DNA of 64,000 nt, taken from the NCBI GenBank assembly GCA_002633005.1, contig NMRA01000066.1, positions 828,441 to 892,440 of the forward strand, in the 5' to 3' direction. Within the stretch, counting starts at the first letter, position 1. Every line of letters begins with the position of its first letter. The position numbers were made by a program, and so were the translations under genes. Under the pieces are notes generated by a model that was not told where the DNA came from, made no database searches, and worked only from the letters and a program-made list of their open reading frames with translations. Origin of the DNA: Phoronis australis (taxonomy: Eukaryota; Animalia; Phoronida). Shown piece by piece: positions 40,372-51,200 of the stretch.

Positions 40372-41140
40372 ATGCCACGCTGTTGCTGCGTGCCGGTATG
40401 TACTCATTATTGTATCACACGCGCTTTGGGTACCTTGCGTCGCTTTCCGAAGGATGACACACTTCGCTGTACTTGGCTAGCTCGTTCATGCTACCCCTCC
40501 ACGCAACGTTCAAAGCAGTGAAGGGTTACCGAGTGTGTGGCAAGCATTTTCTGAGGTCAGATTATAACAGAGATATGTACGCTGAATTGATGAAGGTCCC
40601 TGCGAAACAACGCCTGAAGAAGGGTACCATACCGTCGCTGGTGATTCCCGGCAGTTCCCCGTAGCCAACCCCGAGAAGTGCGTTTCTGAAGCAAGAAGCC
40701 TCGCGAGCTGTGGCCAGTACAGTGACTGGAGCCAGTGGAGGCACTTCATCTACTGTCACCCGTGCCTCCAAACGTACCCCAGAGCATGCAATTCTTGGAA
40801 CCAGTAGTGATTCGCCCTGTGCTGTTTTCTCCACCCCAGAGCCTCTAAGCAGCCATGCAGTGATATTGAGTAGTGGGAGTGATAACAGGCTCAGTTCGAC
40901 ACCCAGTGAAGAGGACAGTTCGTCGTCCAGTGAACAGATCGGTGAGCCAAACTTTGTGGACTTGTCTAAAGTGTTGGAGCTATTTAGAAGGTGCCAGGTG
41001 TGTGGCGAGGGAGTCACACGACACGGCCGGGTGTAAGAAGTTTGGGTGCTCAGGTCACCATCCAGTGGGAGTGTGTCGCGGGACACTCTGGCAAGTGGGA
41101 CAGTTGTTCCTCTGTCCGTGGTATGCCGGAGGTCCACTTA
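40372..41140 (+). pseudogene. Truncated THAP-domain transposase N-terminus (frameshifts, stop; DDE core missing)
   Basis: MPRCCCVPVC...RRFPKDDTLRCTWLAR / frameshift / YRVCGKHF...RLKKGTIPSL = THAP C2CH signature; TAG at 40662-40664; then LELFRRCQVCG / frameshift / GAQVTIQWECVAGHSGKWDS (second zinc finger); homology ends near 41140. Confidence 0.82.
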
Positions 41141-41445
41141 ACCATGTCCAGTAGTGGCTTGGCCTCGTCGAAGTCTGAACAGCGCAAGCATTCCATTGAG
41201 GTAGGCATAACAACGCACACAGTGCATTTGCACCAAGATGTGTCACCACGTCTGTCCTCAGTAGCCGCCTCGTTTCTCTCAACAGCTGCCTGTGCCTGTG
41301 CGTACTCTGCCTCGTTATACTCGGGCTCAAACATATACCCACCCACTGAATGTCCGTGAAAAAATTCCTCGTCACCACTGCTGTGAACAAGGTCTCCGTC
41401 ACTCACACTACTGTCACTGTGATACGGGTCACCGACTCCACCCAT
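41140..41445 (-). pseudogene. KolX-like / P2X7 C-terminal ballast-like Cys-rich protein, N-terminal part
   Basis: ATG at 41445: MGGVGDPYHSDSS...GGYMFEPEY...RRGDTSWCKCTVCVVMPTSMECLRCSD. The YxFEP and WCxCxxCxxMPTxxExxxC motifs match the recalled P2X7-ballast/nanor-like family. Truncated at the deletion junction; the frame runs on to 41050. Confidence 0.72.
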
Positions 41446-41783
41446 TTTCAGCTTACAACACACTAAACAATCCCTAAATCCAACGCAGTTGAGATCTCTA
41501 CTAACCTGTCTTGCTGCAGAATACTCGCCGATGAAAAGTGGTGGCGACAATTGTTGAAAAACAGCACAAAACAAAAGTAGAATAGAACAGATTCGCACGG
41601 TAAAGTCAACGCAAAACCAAGTCGCGGGAAAGGCTTGCCTCCTAAAACGTCACTTCCGGAGTAGCGGACGAGTAATTTATAAAATTACGAAAAGCTGTAA
41701 TTAAGTGGAAAATATGTCTAGGATAACCAACCAACCTTATTTTAGCTCAAAATGACATGGAAAAAGGTTGCCTTCGCCTTTAA

Positions 41784-42115
41784 AAGGATTTCAAACATTG
41801 TTTGGGCTTATTAACAGATCCAGTTTTCTGAAACAAAATAACGCTCTGTAACCCTTGACAACCCCTCAAAAGTTTGGAGGAAAATTTGAAAACTCACGTC
41901 AGAGTCTGCTAAACAGGCGAGCATATTACCTACGCTTTTAGCAAATTACAGGGCAACTGTGGGAAAAGACCACACGCCAAGGACCATAACATCCAATCGT
42001 AACATGAGGAGTATGAGTTTTTAATTGATTGTTGCCTTTAACTTGTAAGATTGACGCTAGACAGGTGACAGAATGAGTATTGGTGGAAATCAATAAAACG
42101 GGTTAATAGATCCTT
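41784..42115 (+). mobile_element. Diverged, internally deleted copy of the 12196-12866 family
   Basis: Shared blocks AAGGAT.., gctctgtaacccttgacaacccctcaaaagtttggag, ggcaactgtgggaaaagaccac, caggtgacaga and ..atcctt. Confidence 0.65.
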
Positions 42116-42291
42116 AACATACTTGTCCGACACTTAAGCCTTGTATACCTGACAAGCTTATACTTGCTATTTACCCTACCTTGACATATCCCTACTTTCA
42201 AGCTTGATCAACTTCAAATGTCACACTATCAATATCAAATGAGATGCCCATTTGCCGCTGACAAAGTTTTGTTCTTCTGAAGGTGGACGCA

Positions 42292-45200
42292 ATGGCTGGG
42301 GCGGATGCAGGATTCCTCTCGGGGGCCGCTGGTTTAAGCGGGACGTCCCTGAGAGGAATGGAGAAGGAGACTGAGCTGCAGAAACTGCTGGCAGATGAGA
42401 AGATGCGATGCCAGCAACACAAAACTAACTATCAGACCTTGAAGTTGGAGCACTCTCGGTAAGTTACTTACCTGGTCAGGATTCAACCTAGATAAATATT
42501 CAAACAAGGTGCAAACTGCTTGTCATTTTCTCGCATGGTGAAACTTCCTTTCTGTTCATTCACAAAATAAACTTTCAGTTACACAATTATTTTGACTGGC
42601 TAGGCATGTCGTTATCTTTGTTACTGAAAATGGTATCACTTTGAAAAGCAATTTTTATCATTTGACTTAAGAGCAGAATAAATCGGGCTTTTCAAACAGG
42701 ACTCTGAGCTTTTGAAACCTGCTTCAAGATGTCCAAACATGATGCTAAGCATTTCAACTATGATACATTTAGGGAGAACACTGCTGGTACACTATAACTT
42801 AGTTAAACGGACACGTACGTGTCGGAGTTTCACTCAACTTCAGGCCCCCAACTCCTCTACCCCCCTCGCTGTTATCGCCATCTCCACTATATGCAGTAAA
42901 CATGGTATTTTCTGCAGTTAGAAACCTGAGGGTGAGTTTGCGTCAGTTGAAACTGGTTCTAAACTTGATGATTATTTTTTCATCATTTGGGAATTTCACA
43001 TGATCTTTCAATGTCTTTCGTAGAAGAATGAGGTCCCAAAAACAAGACATCAAGGGCTTTGAAGTTGAACTAAGTTCGCGAGTACATTTCTTGTTCGCGC
43101 TCGTGCAAAATTGGGTCATGGCCAATTGTGTCACTGTGCGTATATAGCTCATCAGAGTTAGCATCATGTCATCATCTGACTCACTACTACTGGGGTTCAA
43201 ATAAGGTAACTATAGTTACGAATATTATCACTAACTTGATCAAAGCTTCATCATTTGGAAGATTAAATGGTGCATGCTGACATATTGATGGTCATGTTTA
43301 GGCTTCAGGAAGAGTACTTGAAGATGCAACAGGACCTCAAGAGCACGATAGAAGAGTTCCGCGGCATGCAGGAGGACGGCCAGGCATCCCTACAGCGACT
43401 GACTACACAGAATGCAGCTCTGAAGGCTGAGGTGACGGAGTTAAAGACCCAGGTAGACTTGTTGAAAGAATGTATATTTGGCGTGATAGCTTGATAGGTC
43501 CAGCTGGTGAATCTTATCTGAGAACTACTGGCAGTGTTTGACTTTGAGCGTGTATGTGTGACAAACGCACAGAAGCGTCACTTGGGTGCACCAAACTGGA
43601 TATTCCCACAGTTTTGTTGAAAGTTTCTTATGATTCCTGTGGAGATCTTGGATGCGTGACTTTCTCCATCAAATTTGGTCTCCACAATAGGTATTCATAT
43701 TTGCACTGATAGGTCTTACAATTCTCAAAAGTTCCAGGTGAAAACTGCTGGAGATTAATCAACGTTGTCAATAGAAAAAAAAAATTGAGTGACTACTACA
43801 ATTTTGTAAGCTTGAGGTGAAGAAGACTGCACGATGTTTTGTACCAATGAAAATAACGATTGGTATTTATGCTTCCGTAGGCCTTGATATTGAACAATGT
43901 CTTCAATGAAATAAAAACTGGTATTCATAATTGTTCAGGTCGTGGATACTCATAAGCTCAAGATGGTGGAGATTTGTCATCATCTTCAACCTAATAGCAA
44001 TTCTTGGATCTAGTCAGCGTGCATCATGTGACCTAATGAATGTACGTCTGAAAAGATTTCTGCCCCCGACAGGGACTTGAACTCAGGACCTTCTACTAAC
44101 CAAGCAGACATCTAGTCCACTGAGCCATTGGGACCACCAGTCAAATGCAGAAATCCAATCAGACTTAGTAGGGGGTATCAGTGGCTAACGCGTGTGGACG
44201 GTTAGCAAAAGGTCCTGGGTTCAAGTTCCTTTCGGGGGTAGAAATCTTAATTTTTCAGACTTATTAATTAGGTCATGTGGTGTGGCCAACAGATGGCGTG
44301 TAGACAAGACTTAAAATGTTTGCAACGATATATTTTCTCCGCCATGTTGAGATTTAACATATTCATACACAAGTCATGGATCCTTGTAAGTTCGATGTGA
44401 TGGAGGTTGGTCGATGTCTCCAACCTAATATTGTTTGGTATTTATGTTTCTACAGGTACTGGATCCTCGTAAGCTCGAGGTGATGAAGATTGAGATGCTC
44501 ACTGAGGTTGAGAGGCCATTCAAGGAGCGCGTGCAGAAGCTGAACGAGGAGAGCGAACGTCTACGTAATGACTACAACAGACTGCGCTACGAGCACTCCT
44601 TCATGAAGTCAGAGTATGAGCATCAGCAGGCTGAACACCAGAGGGTGCTGCAGGAGCTGAAACTCACCCATGATGCTGAGGTATTTTTTTTACATAATGT
44701 TGCTTTGTGAGCACTGTTTTTCAATCAAACATTACTCTAGTTGGTAATTGGCCATTTTTCCTATCGATGATCAAATTTTAAAATTATTTCGAACCTTCTT
44801 CTAAAATGTTTGATAATCTTGCCATCTTCTATATGTACACAACAAGAATGTCCAGACGTTCAAGTGAGCTTACTTTTCTTTGAAAAATGGTCATTTTTTC
44901 ACGAATATCTGCTGAACTTCCATGGCTGTGAAAGTTAATTATGTATGCTTTTGTGACGGTTATCAGGTGACCAATCTACGCCAAGAGAGGGAGTCACTGA
45001 TTCAGAGAATGCAAGCAGAGACCAGTCATGACACAGATAAATTACGTACTGTACAGAGAGACAATGCCCAGTTGAACCTAAAGGTCAAAGGTTAGTCTGG
45101 GGTCAAATTTAAAGACAGTGTTTTGTTGACAGCCACTTTTATTCAGTTTCATGCTGTTCAGTTTATTCATTGCAGCTGCTATTAAACGACCCTTTTGAAA

Positions 45201-48200
45201 ATTTGATCACGTGTAGAAATTAAAGTAGTCTTGTTTTGAAAAAGTTTTATTCAAAATGTCTGATACTACTAATAATGTGCTGTGTATAACAAGAATGAAA
45301 ATGTTAATCAAAAACAACCAAGCAAAGTAGTAACGGTTTTACGCTCAAGTGATATCAGTACGTATTCAATTGCAACATGGCTGTCATTCAAGAATAGTTT
45401 CTGAAGTGATGGTCAGAAAACTCAAGTCACAGAAATATTTGAGAATAGTTAATGATTTTCTTTTGTCGACCGAAGTACAAAACTGTGTTTAAAAAGGCCT
45501 GTATTTTGATAACAGACAAGAGGAAAACATTAACATGTTGCATATTACTTAATTTGATATATACCTTCAGGTGTTTGAACTAGAATGCCCCCTTGATATA
45601 TTGCCTTTAAAGAGAACAGTTCATTGCACATTTAAGAAAGATTGATAATTTGTTAGTTAAGATTAGATTTTGTTGTCCATTTTGTGGTGAACCTGGCAGA
45701 AGTTGTTGAGTCCCTCCATATACCTGTTCCGCTGATACACATCCTGGGTTTCTCTCTAATGATGGTCTGTGCGTATGTGTACTCACCCTGGGTGTATATA
45801 TCCGGCATGGCTTGCATACAGAAACCTCACATAACAACTTCCCTCTCCATCATGCAGGCCTGTTGACGGAGCTGGAGGAGCTGCGTGCACAGAGGGAACA
45901 CCTGGGCCTGCAGGCGGACAACGTGAGCCGCATACAACAGAAACAGTTGACTGAGCACCAGGCCAACATACGTGGGTTAGAGGTGAGTGTATGCATTTGT
46001 AGAGATTCTGTAACTGCTTTATCAATGTCAGAATATGGTCTGACAGTATTTTTAGTTGTATTGTTTTGTTTTGTTATTCTGTTTGATTGGCATGACCCCT
46101 GAGTTAAGTACAGTGATGATGTAATTTGTTTGCTACAAAATACTGTGGAACTTTCTAGAAGACTGAGGTCAGAACAGTGTTGATGTAATTTGTTTACTAC
46201 AGTATAGTGTGGAACTTTCTAGAGGACTGTAGCATGACAGTGATTTATGAAGTCTGGAATATTCTAGAGACTAGTACATGTTTGTAGAAAGATTGGGTAG
46301 GTTCCAGAAAGTTCTGGTATGTGCTTGAATTGATGAAAAGTTCCAGAACAATGCGTTAGGCTATAAATACACAAGCACGGGTTTGTGTTAGTCAGATTAA
46401 GTGAGTTGAGTCCAAGAAGATAATCATCAGGAGATCAAGTCAGTTCAAGAGAGATCAAGTAAGTTCAAGAAAGTTTATCAGGAGAACTACAGTTGAGTTG
46501 CAGTGAAGAGAATCAGCAGTTACAGCGTTAGTCAATAGAGAGCCAGCTATAGAGACAGCAGGTTATTGAATCGAGTGTAACAGTTGCTGGAAGTATCTCA
46601 GAAGTTCAATACAAGTCAAGGCTTCGCAGCACTGGCTGGAGCATAAACAGACATTACATCGGACGTTTTGTTTGAGTAGGCTTGTGAACGTACGGTCGAG
46701 ATTAATAAAGGATTAACTCGAACCAGTCTTCAGTCAATCTTCGCACCGAAAGCTATTAGCACCGGTCTGTAACAACCTGCGCCCACCCACACACGGGGAA
46801 AAACATGACAATCAAGCTGTGCTGGCGTAGTTGTTGCTAAGATTACCATATTGTATGCATCCTCTTATGTTCAGGTCTACGTTAAGGGATTTAAGTTGTG
46901 TTAAAAGTCTGGGTTTTCGTCAAAACAACTGGCGGGAGTGATTGGAATGAGATCTTAAATAAAATGATGGAGTGGGTGGAAATAGCCCAATTTAGTAGGG
47001 TATATTTTTGCTGCTCTGCAGTTCTGTAGTGTGGTTTCTGAGCATGGTTGTTTAATGCAAATCTGACATTTTGCAAAATTTTTGTCAATAGCATCATTTG
47101 GTAAACAACACAGTGTCACAAATGTTAGCATTATTTACATGATACTTTGTTCTATTCAGTTGAATCTACCTGAAATCCTTGCCTACAGTTTGTAAGCAAA
47201 TCTTTTAAGAAATTTAAATTGATGGATTTAATTGAGCACTGCTTTGAATTCCTGCTTTACGTACTTGAATTTTAAAGAATTTGCATGTTCCTAACTATGC
47301 AGGAATATAACAACATAATGTACTCTAAACATAGTACAGTTGTATTCAGTGACAATTTGTAAATGTGTAAACAAAAAATTCTACAAATAGGTAACCTTTG
47401 CTCTAGGCTAACGACATACCTCGCGGGCTCATAACCTGCATCGCGCAGTGTTACTCCCCAGCACCACGTCACGATACTTACTAGACACGGTTCTGTGATT
47501 TGCAGAAGATCATTTTTGCCACAAAACTTGTTCTTAAAAACATTTGACAGAATGCAAGGTGTTTCATATTCTCATCGTCACTATACATTGTGTTTCTAAC
47601 TAATTTGACCAAGCAATTACAGGGATGGGTCATTAGCCTGCTTATTACACTTTAATGCATTCCTGTTGATTTGTTTTATACTATGGCAGTATCCAATGTA
47701 AAACCACAGTTGACGATAAACCAAGCATCCTTGGATTTTTGTTTTAATTTCAGACGGAGAAGGAAACTCTCAAGGCTCATAATAGTCACTTGCAGAGTGA
47801 GATTAACTCGCTTAGTGAACAGCTGAACAAGATGACGACCAGGACCCATGAGATGGAACGACAGATAGTTGTGCTGTCCAATAAGAACGAAGAACTAGAA
47901 CACAGGTTTGTTGAGTGTCCCGATTAAATTACTTGTTTGCCCGTCTCCGTGTACACATCCATGCACACCTTTCCTTCACTCACACTTATATCTTGCACAG
48001 CAGCTCAGTCATGTGATTACTTGTAGAAACACTAGGCGGCGCCACAGTGTCTGTTGGGAAAGAAAACTCTGAAGTTACAAAAATGACCTCACAAAAATCT
48101 AGTTAAATGCATTATTTGTTTCTTTTTTCATGCACTTCAATCCTTTCAATTGCCTTCAAATACACATTGTTCTCTTATTACCTTACAAAGCAGTGTAAGT

Positions 48201-51200
48201 TGTTTTATCGTCAACAACGGCATGTGAGAACTCTTAACTAATTTATGAGAAAAAAGGTGTTTGTACATGTTGGAAGAGAAATGCAGCCAGAGAGAACAGA
48301 GAATAGAACGTTACCGGTAATAACATTTTTGCAGAAGGGAAAAGTTGTAGCTGCCCCGATCTTGACTCTTAATTGTGCATACTCTATGTCAGAAATTTAT
48401 TAGCCATCTTAAAAAACAGCATCCAAATTTAATAATTATATCTTGCCAAAGAAAATCTTGTGCACTCAATCAAAGGCTTTTTTCAACTCTACATAATTTA
48501 TCTTGGAAATGCCAAGTTTGTGTTTTCTCTTTCTTTTTGTAGATCCAAAGTGGACATCACTAACTTGAAAATGGAGATGGTTAGAAGATGTGGAGATGTT
48601 GAGCGTGAGAGGGATCAGCTGTCCAATCAGATTGAAGGTACATTTTGGTCAAGTCTTGTTTCATTCTGTGATGTCTGATTTTAGGAAAAGTTTGTTTCCA
48701 CATTTTCACGCAGTCTTCGTAACACCCACCTTCAAAATCTTCTGATTCTCACTTAAAATGATGCCCGTGCTTGGCTTAGCGCCCACCCCCAGTTTATAGC
48801 ATAGAGACTTCTCCAAAAGGGCTAGTGTTTTTGTGAACGTCGTCTCATGAGAATTTATGTGTTGCTTTAATTTGCATTATACGTCAAGCATCCTTTAAAT
48901 TTGGAGCAATCCAGAGGGAAGTATAAGGTTACATAATGGTCCGAGGTCCTTGTAACCAAGGCCCGGTCTCCAATCTTTTTACTCGAAATGGAACTGGAAA
49001 TTAGGTTTGGCATTTTCTACTCTACTTTTGGGCGAACTCACGATAAGTGTCTATTATTCTATGCTCGAGTACACAATAACTTACGTAGATAATTTATTGA
49101 TTGCCCTTAGTTCACAGTTTGTAAACCCAATATTAAAGCAATAAGTTTGAGTTTGAACTCGAAATTTCGAGTTTTTACTCATTCAAGTTTGTAGCACGAA
49201 TATAAGGGTCTTCAAGGGCAAACTTGAACTAGAAACTCCTATGCATAAACTATAATGTATTCGAGCACAGTCTGATAACCAATTATCTTAAGTTCGCACA
49301 AAAGGAGCAGAGAAATTGCCAAAAATAGTTTCGAGTTCGTTTCGAGTACAAAGATTAGAGACCGGGCCCTGATATGGCTGACGGATCAGTTTGTCGTAGT
49401 ATCCAACCAATTATGCTTTTCTCTCTCAATGCTTCATCAGTAACGGATACTCACGCCTTTTCATGCTTTGATGTACTGTCATCGTCTGCTGGCTAACTCA
49501 GTGAACACGGTCAGGAGTTTATGGTTTCTGCAGCACATGATTGGTCAGATCATGAATAGTGACATGTGACATAAAGGGTCTGCTTCATGAAAAATGAGTT
49601 AAGACTTAAGACAGAAATTTGGTCTTTGACTCACCTCTCACTTCACATCTGCTGAATAAAGGTTCAGCAAAGTAAATTTTATGAGCACATCACAGTCTGG
49701 AAATAATGTGTAGAAATTCTTTCAGTAACCAACAGCTATGTGTACGGTCCAAGAGACTTTTTATTTTTTGCTCGAGTGAGATTTAATCATTTTTCAGAAA
49801 TAGGTTTGCATAGCACAAGTCAAGACCAAATTTCTGACTCGAGTCATTTTGATGAAACAGAGCCCCTGATTGGTTGAATGAAAAATAATACATGACCATA
49901 AGGGCAACATCATCTCATAATGAAAATCATTTTACTGTGTTTTATCTCAGAGGATAAAGGAATCAGTGGTCCTATAATATCTGGTTCGTAATTTTGCTTT
50001 GAAGTCTAAAAGCTATTGATAATAGCGTTACTACCTGTCATAACTTACATTACAGTTGACACATAGATCATATTGGAAAACAGTAGTCTCTCCTTAGTTT
50101 TGGTTTGCTCTGTACGTTTGTTCTCGTGTCTTTAGATCTTCAATCCCGACTGGAGGTTTGTAAACACACGGAGGAGCAACTTCTTCAGAAGATGGCCGAG
50201 AAGGAGAGAGAATGCACACGCAGGGTACAGGCGGTGAGAGAGGAGGAGTTTGAAAAGGTCAGCCAGGCTCAGAATGACAGGTGGGTGGAACCGTGTCCGT
50301 CAGTCATGACAGCTGGGCGTGGTCTTTGCCCTCTTCTCCCAAATTTATTCTTGACAGCATGGAGGATGTTCAGCATTCTACTGTAGTTAAGTATGCTGTG
50401 TTCAGATTTGTGCAATTATCGTCATTCTGGTTCCACAACATAGTCAGGTCCTGTTCTCATCTGTAAGCATCTATTGCAGTTGAGGCTCATGATTCTGGTT
50501 CTTAGCATTTCAGCAGATAATGAAATAATCACTGTGGCCTACATTTGGCCTATTTTAGTAATTAATTGTCATAAGGCAGTGAGTATGCAAGGTCATTTAG
50601 ACCTGGACTTAGACCATTCCCCTATAAAAATTATTTAAAAATTACCCTCATCTGGCCAAAAAATTTTGTACCCAATGATGAAAAAATCCCCTTAAGATTA
50701 GAATCGCTGCTGCAAAATGCCAAATTTGGCTACTTATACTTAAGGCAAGGGGTGGTGACTGGGGGGGTTGGAGGGTACAGGCACCTTCCCCCTCAGGTGA
50801 GCAAGGCCCTTATATGGTTTGTGTCTTGTTAATGCTGGAATATAGGTACAAAGTTACTATTTTTCTCTGACATGATATTTCGATGTTATTTCATTTTGTT
50901 AGTTGTCTCATCTGAAAGTCCCATGCAGTGCTAATTAGGTCAAGCCAAAATTGCGAACTTCAAATCAGAATAAATCAAGTGTGTGGTGGTGAATTGTTTA
51001 GTTGAATTAGTCATTGAAGTCTAATTGGCCACAGTTTGATCATGTTTGATTAGGAATGTTAACTCTTTGTAATAAAAACACTCTTTGTCCTAAAAACTAA
51101 ATAAAACATTTTTCTAAGGTGGCCCTGTGTGGGTCCTTGTAGAAGTGGAGAAAAATATGAAAGCAATGATCGTCTGACTGTCTTGACACTTTAACAATCA

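Larger units (their letters stand above)
40109..41779. mobile_element. Kolobok-type DNA transposon, internally deleted (non-autonomous)
   Basis: TTAA at 40105-40108 and 41780-41783 (TSD); termini AGGCGAAGGCAACC...GGTTGCCTTCGCCT; 147-bp TIRs (40109-40255 / 41633-41779) with 3 mismatches; convergent THAP-transposase and Cys-rich ORF remnants inside. Confidence 0.88.

Noticed and set aside
40562-41137. 191-aa minus-strand ORF in the transposon, and similar ORFs antisense to MPEG1 and CEP83 exons
   Set aside because: Shadow ORFs of real or decayed coding sequence, with no independent motifs.
40105-41783. piggyBac or P-element assignment for the TTAA/THAP element
   Set aside because: Termini are AGG rather than CCY (piggyBac), the TSD is TTAA rather than 8 bp (P), and the convergent Cys-rich ORF fits Kolobok.
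42943-43200. Acidic minus-strand ORF in a CEP83 intron as a transposase N-terminus
   Set aside because: No catalytic motif, TIR or TSD found.
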